A stretch of 64,000 bases of DNA from an uncultured Gemmatimonadales bacterium (GTDB taxonomy: Bacteria > Gemmatimonadota > Gemmatimonadetes > Gemmatimonadales > GWC2-71-9): positions 24,152-88,151 of the forward strand of contig CAVRTU010000006.1 of the NCBI GenBank assembly GCA_963724265.1. Reading direction: 5' to 3'. The notes under the pieces are model-generated. The model was not told the DNA's origin. It made no database searches and worked only from the letters and a program-made list of their open reading frames with translations. How positions within the stretch are numbered: the stretch's first letter is position 1; each line of letters begins with the position of its first letter. Made by a program: the position numbers and the translations under genes. This document shows, in pieces, positions 34,527 through 48,274 of the stretch.

Positions 34527-36614
34527 GTGAGCCCAAGCCCGGTCGCTGCCGGACGGCTGCTCCTCTCGCGGGAGCTCTCCGAGTTCCTGATGGACCTCCT
34601 CGGGGCCCACCAGCGCTACCAGATGTACCCCGAGGGGCACCCGCTCCTCGATCCCGCCGTCCGCAACGTCCTGCGCCGCCTCGACGCGATCTTCCTGGAA
34701 CGCGACTCCATCGCGATGGGCGTCTCCCCCAATCAGCTGCTGATCGGCGGGGTGCCGACCGATCCCAACCATCCCGTCCTCCGCGACCTGGCCTCCCGGC
34801 TGCACCGGGCCAACATCGGCGCGCTCCGCTTCCATCGCGAGATCACCCAGCCGGAGCTGGTGGGTCTGCTCCGGCTGCTCAGCTCGGAGCTGCAGCCCGG
34901 GGCCGAGGCGCCGCACGACGAGCCGCGAGGGCAATGGCCCAACATCCGCCTCTTTCCGCTCAACTACGACTACCTCTCCCTGCTCGAGGAGGAGCGCGAG
35001 GCCGACGCCGATCCCCGGCACCAGGAAGGGTGGGCGGGGCGCCTCTGGCTGAGCCTCGCCCGCTCGGCGCTGGGCGACACGGTGCCCGACCAGGAGGCGG
35101 AAGCCACCGGGCCGGAGGCGATCGCGGAGGCACTGGAATCGAAGCCGGTCGACCCCGTGCGGGACGCGCGGATCCTCCAGTCGATGGGAGATTTCCTCGA
35201 GGCGTTCCGTGGCCGGGGCCGGGCCGAGGCGCTGGAGCTGCAGCGCCAGCTGGCGCGCATGGTCGGCGCCCTCAAGGGGGCGACCCGCGAGCGGCTGCTC
35301 AGGATGGGCGGCGACTTCAACCGGCAGCGGCGCTTCCTCTTCGACGTGACGGAGGTCATGTCGGCCGATGTCGTGCTCTCGCTGGTGGAGGCCGCGTCGG
35401 CGGCCTCGGGGAAGACCGTCTCCCCCACGCTGCTCAAGCTGTTCGCCAAGCTGGCCCGCCACGCGACCGAAGGGCCGGCGCCGCTCCGGGCCAAGGCGGA
35501 CCTGGTCTTCCGGCAGCGGGTCCGCCAGCTGATCGAGGGGTGGAGCATCGAGGAGGCGCCGGGCGAGTCGCCGACCTACGAGAACCTGCCGGCCGCCGCT
35601 CCCCGGAGCGACGACCCCATGGCGGTCTATGCTCCCGAGGCGGAGCGGGTCATCCGCCTGAGCATCGCCCTCGGTGTGGTGGAGGTCGGCACCCGCCGCG
35701 CCCTCGACCGGATGGTGGCGGATGAGAGGATCGCCGCCCTCCTCGACCTGCTCGACGAAGTGCCCGAGGCCGACCCGGTGGGACGGGAGCTCCGCAAGCT
35801 GGCCTACAGCCGCCACACCGTGAGCCTGGTCCTCAGCGCCGACCCGATCGACTACGAGCTGCTGGCGCGCCTGGCCCCGGAGACCGGCCAGGACGCGGTG
35901 GTGCTGCTGCTCGACTCGCTGGCCGCCTCCAAGGACCGGAAGGTCCGGGCCAAGCTGCTGGACCTGCTGGGGAGCATGGGTCCGATCATCGGTCCCGAGG
36001 TCGCGGTGCGCATCCCGGGGGCGCCCTGGTTCGTGCAGCGCAACCTCCTGCGCCTGCTGGCCGGGCTCCCCTCGGTGCCCGAGGGCTTCTCGCTGGACCA
36101 GTGCCTGGCCCATCCCGATCCCCGGGTGCGGCACGAAGGGCTCAAGATCCAGCTGCGCGACCCGTCGCGGCGGCCGGAGGCGCTGCGCCGGGCGCTGAAT
36201 GCCCCGGACCTGCCGACCATTCGCCTCGGGGTGCAGGCTGCAACCGAGGATTGCCCGCCCGACGTGTTGCCGCGGCTGCTTGAACTGGTGGGTTCCCGGG
36301 ACCTCGAATCCGGCCTCCGCGCCTCGGCGATCCGGGCGGTGGCTCCGGTGGAGGATGAGCGCGTTGTGAAGCTGCTGGTCAAGCTCTGCCTGGCCCGCAC
36401 CGCGATTCCCTTCTTCAAGCGGATCGGGCCCAGGACTCCCGAGCTGCTGGCCTCGCTGCAGGGACTGGCGGCGCACTGGACCTATCACCCGAAGGTGGCG
36501 CCGGTCCTTGCGCTGGCCATGAAGAACCGAGACCCCGAGATCAGGAAGGCCGCGCAGTTCTCCGGCCACAGCGCCGAACCCGATCTCAAGGCGCTGCCCA
36601 AGGTGATCATGTGA
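34527..36614 (+). CDS. HEAT-repeat protein
   Basis: N-terminal MYPEGHP motif; PWFVQRNLL, HPDPRVRHE helical repeats. Confidence 0.75.
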   Translation: MSPSPVAAGRLLLSRELSEFLMDLLGAHQRYQMYPEGHPLLDPAVRNVLRRLDAIFLERDSIAMGVSPNQLLIGGVPTDPNHPVLRDLASRLHRANIGALRFHREITQPELVGLLRLLSSELQPGAEAPHDEPRGQWPNIRLFPLNYDYLSLLEEEREADADPRHQEGWAGRLWLSLARSALGDTVPDQEAEATGPEAIAEALESKPVDPVRDARILQSMGDFLEAFRGRGRAEALELQRQLARMVGALKGATRERLLRMGGDFNRQRRFLFDVTEVMSADVVLSLVEAASAASGKTVSPTLLKLFAKLARHATEGPAPLRAKADLVFRQRVRQLIEGWSIEEAPGESPTYENLPAAAPRSDDPMAVYAPEAERVIRLSIALGVVEVGTRRALDRMVADERIAALLDLLDEVPEADPVGRELRKLAYSRHTVSLVLSADPIDYELLARLAPETGQDAVVLLLDSLAASKDRKVRAKLLDLLGSMGPIIGPEVAVRIPGAPWFVQRNLLRLLAGLPSVPEGFSLDQCLAHPDPRVRHEGLKIQLRDPSRRPEALRRALNAPDLPTIRLGVQAATEDCPPDVLPRLLELVGSRDLESGLRASAIRAVAPVEDERVVKLLVKLCLARTAIPFFKRIGPRTPELLASLQGLAAHWTYHPKVAPVLALAMKNRDPEIRKAAQFSGHSAEPDLKALPKVIM

Positions 36615-37765
36615 GCGCCCAGCTCGAGTTCCTCCACGGGATCGCGCATGCGCTGGCGACGCTCACCCTCTACGCCCCCGACCACCCGGCCTGCGCCGGC
36701 GTGGTGGAGGGGGTCTGGGTCCAGCTGCAGAAGCTCCAGGAGGAGAACCCGGGGCCGCGCTTCTCGTTCCTCAAGGACGCGGTGATCTACGGCAACCTCC
36801 CGATGCATGAGCTGAAGAACTGGACCTGGTCGAAGCGGCTGAGCGAGATCGGGGTGCAGCGACTGGAGGTGGAGCCCGACGTGACGCGCGAGGGATTCAC
36901 CGCCTTCCTGGTGGATGTCACCGCGCGGCTGCCCGGCCAGCGCCAGCTGGAGAGCACGGTCAGCGACCACCCCGGGATCCGCTGGGGCAGCGTCGGAGTC
37001 AAGGGGCAGAATGACAAGTGGGCCGACACGCCCCAGGCCACGATCGGCTACAAGCTGGGCGAAGAGGCCGACGTGGTGCGCTGGATCTACGAGCGGGCCG
37101 CGATGGAGGGCGACATCCCGCGCGACGAGGTCGAGACCGTCGTGGCCTCGCTCAGCGTGGCGATGCACGCCGACCTGCCGTTCCTGATGCCGCTGCTCCA
37201 GCTGACCGACCAGGACGAGTACCGGACGATGCACGCCCTCAACGTCTCGCTGCTGACGATGACGCTGGCCGAGTCGCTGGGGATGGGGTCGCTGGACATC
37301 CACGCCTTCGGGGTGGCGGGACTGCTGCACGACATCGGGATCTCGCTGGTGCCGCGCGACCTGCTGCACAAGACGGCGCTCGATCCCGCCGATCGCGTGG
37401 TCCTGGAGAACCACCCTGCCGAGGGCGCCCGGATGCTTCTGGCCCGCAAGGGTGACTTCGACCTGGCCGCGGTCGTGGCCTACGAACACCACATGCGGCC
37501 CGACGGGCGGGGCTACCCCCATGCTGTCGCGGGGCACGAATTGCACTACGCCAGCAAGATCGTGACGGTGTGCGACGTGTACGATGCGCTCCGCACCACG
37601 CGGATGCACCGGCCGGCGTGGGACCCGGCGCAGGCGGTGGCCTACATCGAGGAGGGGGCGGGGACGGTGTTCGACGGGGGGGTGGCCCGCGCCTTCGCCT
37701 CCATGCTCAGGCGGCTCGACACCAGGAATGCCCTGGTGCCGAGAGGGGCCCCGGGGCAGGGCTAG
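36611..37765 (+). CDS. HD-GYP domain phosphodiesterase
   Basis: HALNV, GLLHDIG, EHHMRPDGRGYP, CDVYDAL. Confidence 0.9.
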   Translation: MSAQLEFLHGIAHALATLTLYAPDHPACAGVVEGVWVQLQKLQEENPGPRFSFLKDAVIYGNLPMHELKNWTWSKRLSEIGVQRLEVEPDVTREGFTAFLVDVTARLPGQRQLESTVSDHPGIRWGSVGVKGQNDKWADTPQATIGYKLGEEADVVRWIYERAAMEGDIPRDEVETVVASLSVAMHADLPFLMPLLQLTDQDEYRTMHALNVSLLTMTLAESLGMGSLDIHAFGVAGLLHDIGISLVPRDLLHKTALDPADRVVLENHPAEGARMLLARKGDFDLAAVVAYEHHMRPDGRGYPHAVAGHELHYASKIVTVCDVYDALRTTRMHRPAWDPAQAVAYIEEGAGTVFDGGVARAFASMLRRLDTRNALVPRGAPGQG

Positions 37766-37774
37766 AACGCGGGG

Positions 37775-38522
37775 TCAGGGCTGCTGGCCCAGGTCGCGCA
37801 GCCGTCCGCGGGCCTCGCCGTTGGTCGAATCGCGGCGCACCGCCTCCCGGAAGGCAGTGACGGCGGCACTGGTGTCGTTCCTGCATGAGGAGGATGTTGC
37901 CCCGGAAGACGTACATCGCCGACGAGCCGGGAAAGAATCCCTCGTTCAGGTTGAGCAGGGCAAAGGCGTCGTCGAACCGGCCGGCCCGGCCCAGCCGGAA
38001 GGCGGCGACGTTGAGCGACGGCTCCCCGAAGTCGTAGGCATCCCTCCCGAAGTACCTGGCCCGGAGTGCCCGGTAGACGCTGATGGCGGTGTCCGCCCCG
38101 GCGGCCGTGGCCGTGTCCACCATCACGAGGTTGAGCGGTACCGGGCGGCTGATGCCCCGGTGACAGGTGCGGCAGGTCACCTGCAGGCCGGGCGTGGGGC
38201 GGTCGGGAATCGTGTCCAGCCGGCTGTTGATCTCGGCGACCATCCGCATCATCTGCCGGGCCACCAGCTTGTTCCGCTTTTTGTCGCTGGCGAAGTCGGT
38301 CTCGGCCAGCGGCTGTCCCTCCTCGCCGGTATGGCAGAAGTGGCAGCGCACACCGAGGTCGCCAGCGAAGCCCCGCATCGTCCCGACGACCTGCATCACC
38401 GGGGTGTCGTGGGGGATGACCTTGGTGTTGATCAGCGAGTCGGGAGGGAAGTGCCCGGGGGCCTGCGCGGCGAGGGTGGCGGCACAGGCGAGGGATGCGA
38501 CTCCGACAAGCAGGACATTCAT
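37775..38522 (-). CDS. Secreted diheme c-type cytochrome (reaction-centre cytochrome c family domain) with TPR-like tail; frameshift near 37885
   Basis: Signal peptide; LGVRCHFCH, FASDKK, ARQMMRM, VTCRTCHRG. Confidence 0.8.
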
Positions 38523-40069
38523 TGGTGATCCTCCCGTAGGGCCCGTTTGAGAATCTTCCCTGATCCGGTGCGGGGCAGCTCGGACAGCATTCGAATCCTG
38601 CGGATCTGCTTGTATCCCCCCAGCCGCTCCCGGCAGAAGGCCATCAGCTCCTCGACGCTGGCGACGCTGCCCGGACGAAGGACGACGGCGGCGGCCACCA
38701 CCTCGCCCCAGACCGGGTCGGGGGCACCATACGCAGCCGCTTCCAGCACGGCGGGGTGGCCATAGAGCACCGCCTCCACCTCGGTCGAATAGACCTTCTC
38801 GCCGCCGGTGATGATGATGTCCTTGCGGCGGTCCACGATGTTCACGTACCCCTCGCTGTCCAGGACGGCCAGGTCGCCGGTGTGGAGCCAGCCGTCCACG
38901 AACGCCTCCGCGGTGGCCTCGGGCCGGTTCCAGTACCCCTGGGTGACCGTCGGCCCCCGGACCTGGATCTCGCCCACCGTCCGCTCGTCCGCCGGCACCG
39001 GCTGGCCCGCCTCGTCCACCACCCGGAGCTCGACCGCGATGAAGGGCCGCCCCGTCTTGGCCCGCCACGCCATCTGCTGCTCGGCGGGCAGCCGGCGGAG
39101 GTGGGCCTTGAGGATCGAGAGGGTCAGGTAGGGACTGGTTTCCGTCATGCCATAGGTCTGTACGTATTCGCAGCCGAAGGTTTCCACGATCGCCGCCACC
39201 ACGCTGGGCGTGATCGGGGCCCCGCCGCTCAGGATCAGCCGGAGCGCCGAGTAGTCGAAGCGTCCCCGGTCGGGGTGTTTGACCATGAGGTTGAGCATCG
39301 TGGGGACGAGATTGGTGAGGGTGATTCTCTCCCGCTCGAATCCGGCCAGGGTCTCCCGCGGATCGAAGCGCGGAAACATCACGTGGCAGCCGCCGACCCA
39401 GGTGATGGCGAAGCTGGCCCAGGCGTCGGCCAGGTGGAACATCGGTGCCACGTGGGCCCAGCGGTCTCGGTCGGTCAGCTGCAGCTCCGCCACGGCGGCC
39501 AGCGCGTGGATCGTGACGTTCCGGTGGGTGAGGATCACTCCCTTGGGGTGGCCCGTGGAGCCGCTGGTGTAGTAGAGCTGGGCGATGTCGGTCTCGGCGA
39601 CAGGACGGGGGGCGAAGGCCGAGGCGGGGAGCGTCTCGAGGGCGTACTGGGGCAGGCGGAGGTCGGTCGGAGGGACGTCAGCGCCGGCCCAAAGGAGGCC
39701 GCGCACCTCGCCGGGCTCCGCGAGGACGGCTCCGGCCAGCCCCGCCATGGCGGGATCGGCGATGAGCCAGGTGGAGCCGCTGTCGCCCAGGATGAAGCCG
39801 AGTTCGGCGGGGCTGAGGCGGAAGTTGAGGGGGACCAGCACGGCGCCCAGTCCCGCCGCCGCGAAGTAGGCCTCGAGATAGGGCAGGCCGTTGGGGAGCA
39901 GCGCGGCGATCCGGTCCCCGGGTCCCACTCCCTCGGCCAGGAGGAAGCCCGCCAGCCGGTCCACCCGGGATCCGAATGCTGCGTAGTCGAGGCGGAGGGG
40001 ACCGTCCACGACTGCTTCGGCCCCGGGATGGAGGAAACGGGCCCGGAGCAGGAGACTCCAGAGATTCAC
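38519..40069 (-). CDS. Long-chain fatty acid--CoA ligase (AMP-binding)
   Basis: YTSGSTGHPKG, YGMTE, WLHTGDL, DRRKDIIITGGEKV, LPRTGSGK. Confidence 0.92.
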   Translation of the reverse strand: MNLWSLLLRARFLHPGAEAVVDGPLRLDYAAFGSRVDRLAGFLLAEGVGPGDRIAALLPNGLPYLEAYFAAAGLGAVLVPLNFRLSPAELGFILGDSGSTWLIADPAMAGLAGAVLAEPGEVRGLLWAGADVPPTDLRLPQYALETLPASAFAPRPVAETDIAQLYYTSGSTGHPKGVILTHRNVTIHALAAVAELQLTDRDRWAHVAPMFHLADAWASFAITWVGGCHVMFPRFDPRETLAGFERERITLTNLVPTMLNLMVKHPDRGRFDYSALRLILSGGAPITPSVVAAIVETFGCEYVQTYGMTETSPYLTLSILKAHLRRLPAEQQMAWRAKTGRPFIAVELRVVDEAGQPVPADERTVGEIQVRGPTVTQGYWNRPEATAEAFVDGWLHTGDLAVLDSEGYVNIVDRRKDIIITGGEKVYSTEVEAVLYGHPAVLEAAAYGAPDPVWGEVVAAAVVLRPGSVASVEELMAFCRERLGGYKQIRRIRMLSELPRTGSGKILKRALREDHQ

Positions 40070-40091
40070 GTTGACCGGGGAGTTGCCGCGA

Positions 40092-40454
40092 TCAGCAGGT
40101 CACTGACCAGTCCACCGGGGAGACCTTGCGGCACCGCCGGCACTCGATCGTCCTGGGCTGGCCATCGAAGAACTGCCGCTCGGCGCAATGAGGGCAGACG
40201 GCGTAGGTGTTGTCGCTGACATTGTGCTGGCCACCCCAGGTCGGACGCATGACCCCGGTGCGGACCACGACGCTCCAGTGGCTGGGCGGTTCGTTGCGGA
40301 CCAGGACCATGTCCCGCTTGAGGGACACCTTTTCCTGTCCGACCTGGATGACCACCTGGTCGGCGGCGCCCTCCTCGACCACCGGGTACCAGGCGCCGCG
40401 CCGGAGGGTGGCGGCGAACTTGTCCTGGGTCCGGGCCCAGCCGAGGGATGGCAT
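40092..40454 (-). CDS. Hypothetical zinc-ribbon protein
   Basis: LRRGAWYPV...YAVCPHCAER...CRRC. Confidence 0.6.
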   Translation of the reverse strand: MPSLGWARTQDKFAATLRRGAWYPVVEEGAADQVVIQVGQEKVSLKRDMVLVRNEPPSHWSVVVRTGVMRPTWGGQHNVSDNTYAVCPHCAERQFFDGQPRTIECRRCRKVSPVDWSVTC

Positions 40455-40593
40455 GGGTTCTATGATACGTTCGGCGGGGCGCTTACGCGATAGGGCGGCC
40501 GGGGGGCGGGGGGGCTGCTGGGGCACCGCTTGACTACCCGACAAAAAAGGTCGTAATTGAAATTCGTCCCAAGTGTCCGAGCGAGGCAGAGCC

Positions 40594-41487
40594 ATGACTA
40601 CCACAGCCCCCATCCCCAGCGTATCCCCCATCGAGCAGCGGGGGTATGCCCATCCCGAAGTCCTGGTTTCGACCGACTGGGTGGCCCAACACCTGGCCGA
40701 TCCGACTATCCGGCTGGTCGAGTCCAACGAGGACCTGCTGCTCTACGAGACGGGCCACATCCCGGGGGCGGTCAAGCTGGACTGGGTGACCGACCTCAAC
40801 GACCCGATCCGCCGAGACTACCTCGACCGCGAGGGGTTCCAGCGGCTGGTGAAGGCCAAGGGGATCAACAAGAACACGACGATCGTTCTGTACGGCGACA
40901 AGAACAACTGGTGGGCGACCTACGCCTTCTGGGTCTTCCGGCTCTTCGGGGTGGAGAATCTCCGGATCCTCGATGGCGGCCGGGCGCGCTGGGCGGCGGA
41001 GGGGCGCCCGCTGGAGATCACGGTGCCGAGCTACCCCGCGGGGGACCTGGTCGTGGGGCAGCGTGACGACAAGGCCGTTCGCGCCTTCCGGGACGAGGTC
41101 CTGGCCCACCTCAGGCGCCGGGGCCAGCTGGTGGATGTGCGGAGCCCCGAGGAATTCCGGGGAGAGCGGCTCCACATGCCCGACTATCCCAACGAGGGGG
41201 CGCTGCGGGGCGGTCACATTCCCGGGGCGAAGAGCATCCCCTGGGCCCGGGCCATCAACCCCGAGACGGCGACCTTCCGGCCGGCGGGTGAGCTCCGGAC
41301 CCTCTACGAGCAGGAGCAGGGGCTCAGGCCGGACGAGGAAGTGATCGCCTACTGCAGGATCGGCGAGCGCTCGTCGCACAGCTGGTTTGTGCTGACCTAT
41401 CTGCTGGGATTCGGGAAGGTCAGGAACTACGACGGGTCGTGGACCGAGTGGGGCAACTCTGTTGGGGTTCCCATCGAGCGGCCATAA
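40594..41487 (+). CDS. Two-domain rhodanese / thiosulfate sulfurtransferase
   Basis: [42 protein letters not shown]. Confidence 0.93.
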   Translation: MTTTAPIPSVSPIEQRGYAHPEVLVSTDWVAQHLADPTIRLVESNEDLLLYETGHIPGAVKLDWVTDLNDPIRRDYLDREGFQRLVKAKGINKNTTIVLYGDKNNWWATYAFWVFRLFGVENLRILDGGRARWAAEGRPLEITVPSYPAGDLVVGQRDDKAVRAFRDEVLAHLRRRGQLVDVRSPEEFRGERLHMPDYPNEGALRGGHIPGAKSIPWARAINPETATFRPAGELRTLYEQEQGLRPDEEVIAYCRIGERSSHSWFVLTYLLGFGKVRNYDGSWTEWGNSVGVPIERP

Positions 41488-41492
41488 GAACT

Positions 41493-41716
41493 AGCCGCAG
41501 ACGAGCGCAGATGAACGCAGATAACTGAGTTGTTGTCTGCGTTCTCTGCGTTTATCTGCGGCAAACCAACGACCCGGAAGAGAAAACGCAGCGACGCAGA
41601 GGACGCAGAGCGCCTCAAGTGCGGCCAATCGTCCGATCTGGCTGTTTATCAGAGTCAATGGACTGCGCTTGGGCGACGTAATCGAATTGACACCGGCCCC
41701 CTCTGTGTCTCTGCGA
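41493..41716. repeat. (CGCAGA)-type tandem repeat hairpins in an intergenic region
   Basis: gccgcagacgagcgcagatgaacgcagat...tctgcgttctctgcgtttatctgcggc; acgcagaggacgcagag...ctctgtgtctctgcg; related copies at 43572-43690 and 62290-62337. Confidence 0.7.
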
Positions 41717-41717
41717 T

Positions 41718-42143
41718 TCAATTCTTGGAAGCCAAATCACGAACCATCCGCTTGACCCGCGCCAGCACCGCCGTCAGGCCGTGCGTTCGCGTCATTCCCA
41801 GCAGCTCCCCCAGCCCCAGCCGGTCGAGGAGGTCGTCGGGGATCGCCGCCACCTCGGCCGGCGTGGCGTCGTTGACCGCTCCCTCCAGGATCGAGACGAA
41901 CCCCCGGACGGTCGGGGCCTCGTGGGGCGCGTCGGCGTAGAGCCGGGCCTTCCCCCCCTCCAGCTCGACATACAGATAGACCGCCGACTGGCACTCGTGC
42001 ACCAGGTTCTCCCCCCGGTCCCTCGCCTCGGCGTAGCGCGGGGGAAGGGGAGGGAGCTTCTTGGCGAAGTGCAGCAGCATGTCGAGCCGAGTCTGCGGGT
42101 CGGCCGAGTGAAATCGCACGACGGTCTTCACGAAGTCGCTCAT
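41718..42143 (-). CDS. sufE: SufE-family sulfur acceptor
   Basis: VHECQSAV, EAPTVRGF, LGLGELLGMTR; next to a sulfurtransferase. Confidence 0.85.
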   Translation of the reverse strand: MSDFVKTVVRFHSADPQTRLDMLLHFAKKLPPLPPRYAEARDRGENLVHECQSAVYLYVELEGGKARLYADAPHEAPTVRGFVSILEGAVNDATPAEVAAIPDDLLDRLGLGELLGMTRTHGLTAVLARVKRMVRDLASKN

Positions 42144-42279
42144 TGAGGGATTTCACCCTCCAATTTGACGTCGCCGGCTAAAGCCGACTAGTCCATTCGG
42201 TCGCTGCGCGGCTTTCACGGCCGACCATCGCAGGTCTGCCCCTGCGCCCGACCGCCTGTCCGCCCGTCCGCCTGCCCCC

Positions 42280-43523
<1,244 letters not shown>

Positions 43524-43837
43524 GGAGTGCTCATTGGTGAGGGATGTCTTCAAATGTCTGACAATCGTTGAAACACAGAGGCACAGAGGGTGCCGTTGTC
43601 AGTTTAACTACATCGCGTGAGCATGCATCGGTATTTCTTGTTAACTGCACAGCTCATTGGCCGCAGATGAACGCAGAAACGCAGAAGATCACGAACACAC
43701 AGGTCCACCATTAGACTCGCATGTCTCACGACGCCCCCGATCCGATTGCCTCGCTGCAGCACAATGCGGCCGCCAGGGGCGGGCGTCCATCGGCCGTCTC
43801 TGCGTTTCATCATCAGTCGAACCATATTCCCAATATA

Positions 43838-45591
43838 ATGGCTGCCACTCCCCCCTCCCTCGCCCTCGCCTGCCTGGTTCACGCCGGGTTCGAGTCGTAC
43901 CAGGCCCAGTTCCAGCTGGTCACCCGGCGGGCGCAGGCCCGGTTCGTCGGGCGCGACTGGCTGGGGGCCCAGCGGGACGCCCACGAGCGGCTGGGGCTCT
44001 ACAGCCAGTTCACCGACTGGGTGGTCCGTGGAGCTCGACCGGGAGCTGGGCGGCAGCCCCGGCGACAGCACCCTCTGGAGCGACGCCCGGCACGCCTACC
44101 TCGCCCTGGCCCTCCGGCGCGACGACGCCGAGCTGGCACTCACCTTCTACAACAGCGTCGCCCGCCGGGTGCTCAGGACCGTGGGTGTCTGGCCGGCGGT
44201 GGAGTTCCTTCCCGAGGACTTCGCCGGGATCACGGCGCCGCCGGCCAGCCAGGCGGTTCGCTCTGACGCCCGTCGGCCCGGGGGGACTGGCCGCGGCTCC
44301 TGGGCGACGTGCTCCGCGGACTACCCTTCGCCGCCGCCTTCGCCGACCTCGAGGGAGACGCGAAACTGGCGCGCCGCCTCGCTGGCCCGAGACCTCAGGA
44401 AGCTGGCGCCCGGCGCTTCGGTCGATGCCCTCGAGCTGGTGCCGGCGCCGTTCTACCGCAACAAGGGGGCGTACCTGGTCGGCCGGCTCGTCGCCGATGA
44501 AGGTCCGGATCCCCCTGGTCCTGGCGCTGGTCCACCCGCCGGAGGGAATCCGCCTCGACGCCGTCCTGACCACGCCGCAGGAGGCCAGCGTCGTCTTCTC
44601 CTTCACCCGGAGCTACTTCCACATCGAGCCGGTCTGCGCCGCCGCGCTGGTCGCCTTCCTGGCCGAGCTGATGCCGTTGAAGCCGATCGACGAGCTCTAT
44701 ACCGCCATCGGCTGCCACAAGCACGGCAAGACCCTGCTCTTCCACGCCCTCCTCCGGCAACTCGAGGATCCCGAGGCCCGGTTCGAGATCGCCGAGGGGG
44801 AGCCGGGGCTGGTCATGGTGGTGTTCGCGCTGCCGAGCTTCAACGTGGTCTTCAAGATCATCCGCGACCACTTCGGCGCTCCCAAGACCACCACCCGCGA
44901 AGAGGTGATGGCCAAGTACCGACCTGGTCTTCGTCCACGACCGGGTGGGCCGGCTGGCCGACGCCCAGGAGTTCGAGAACCTGACCTTCCGGAAGGATCG
45001 CTTCTCGGCGGAGCTGCTGGAGGAGCTGGGGCGCGAGGCGGCGGGGAGTGTCCGGATCGAGGAGCGACAGTGTCGTCGTCGCACATCTGTACACCGAGCG
45101 CCGGGTGACCCCGCTCAATCTCTTCCTCAAGCAGGCGCCGCCGGCCCAGGCCCGCGACGCGATCCTCGACTACGGCAACGCCATCCACGACCTCGCTGCC
45201 GCCAACATCTTCACCGGCGACATGCTGCTCAAGAACTTCGGGGTGACTCGGCAGGGGCGAGTGATCTTCTACGACTACGACGAGCTCTGCCTGCTCACCG
45301 ACGTCCACATCCGCGATCTGCCCGGCGCCCCGGGACGAGAGCGACGAATGGGGAGCGGAGCCCTGGTTCTCGGTGGCCGAGCGGGATGTCTTCCCCGAGG
45401 AGTTCCGCCACTTCCTGGTCATCCCCGGCCCCCTGGGCGACGCCTTCCTCTCGGCGCACGCCGATCTGCTGACGCCCGAGTTCTGGCGGAGGATGCAGGA
45501 GCGGCGGTCGGAGGGCGAGCTGGCCGACGTCTTTCCGTACAGGGCAGAGCGGAGATTGGCGGATCGAAGGATTGAAGGATCGGAGGATTGA
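43838..45591 (+). CDS. aceK: Isocitrate dehydrogenase kinase/phosphatase (frameshifts)
   Basis: [78 protein letters not shown]. Confidence 0.93.
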
Positions 45592-45698
45592 GGGATTGAA
45601 GGATTGGGGGAGACATTTCGATTGTCCGGCCGCGCCGCACCCGTTACTCTACCCGCGGTCAAATCCATCAATCCTTCAATCCGCCAATTCGTCAATCG
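45563..45698. repeat. (GAAGGATT)n / (AATCCTTC)n inverted octamer arrays
   Basis: gaaggattgaaggatcggaggattgagggattgaaggatt...aatccatcaatccttcaatccgccaatt. Confidence 0.75.
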
Positions 45699-45701
45699 TC
45701 G

Positions 45702-46172
45702 GTGACCATCCAGATCTTCGGCACCAAGAAGAGCCCCGCCACCCGGGCCGCCCTCCGCTTCTTCGCCGAGCGGCGGATCCAGGTGCATTTCGTGGATCTG
45801 GCCGAGCGGGCGGCGTCGGTGGGGGAGCTGAGGCGGTTTGCCCAGAAGTTCGGGGTGGAGGCGCTGCTGGACCGGGAGGGCCGGCGCTTCGAGGAGCTGG
45901 GGCTCAGGGCCGCGCGCTACGGCGAGGACGCCTGGCTGACCAAGCTGGCCGACGAACCGCTGCTGCTCAAGCATGCCGCTGGTGCGAAATCAGAATCAAC
46001 TGACGATCGGGGAAGCGGTGGAGACCTGGAAGACGTGGCTGGCTCTGAACAATCGGCCAGATTGCTTCGTCGGTCGCTTGGGACCTCTCGCAATGACAGA
46101 ACTCACCGCGGGTTCTGTCATTGCGAGGCCACGCAGCGCCGAAGAGTCTCAGACTCTCGTCGCATCGAGCTC

Positions 46173-46176
<4 letters not shown>
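45702..46176 (+). CDS. ArsC/Spx/YffB-like thioredoxin-fold protein (frameshift; C-terminus runs through a REP element)
   Basis: IQIFGTKKS...RAALRFFAERRI...GELRRF...PLLLK/MPLVRN. Confidence 0.75.
46060..46150. repeat. GTCATTGCGAG-type REP/palindromic element
   Basis: agattgcttcgtcg...ctcgcaatgacagaac...gttctgtcattgcgagg. Confidence 0.75.
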
Positions 46177-48123
<1,947 letters not shown>

Positions 48124-48138
48124 ACCGCTCGATTCTTC

Positions 48139-48259
48139 GGTCATTGCGAGGCCTCGAAGTGGCCGAACCCGCAGAGTCTGATGAGGGCGAGGCCCGAGGC
48201 GATCTCACCGGCCAGATTGCTTCGTCGGCCCCTCGGGGCCTCCTCGCAATGACAGAACT
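48139..48259. repeat. GTCATTGCGAG-type REP/palindromic element
   Basis: gtcattgcgagg...agattgcttcgtcggcccctcggggcctcctcgcaatgacagaact. Confidence 0.78.
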
Positions 48260-48274
48260 GGGGGCTTGAGCTCC

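Noticed and set aside
37775-38522. Reaction-centre-type cytochrome as evidence of phototrophy
   Set aside because: Only two haem motifs plus a TPR-like tail; no puf or bch genes nearby; this domain is common in non-phototrophs
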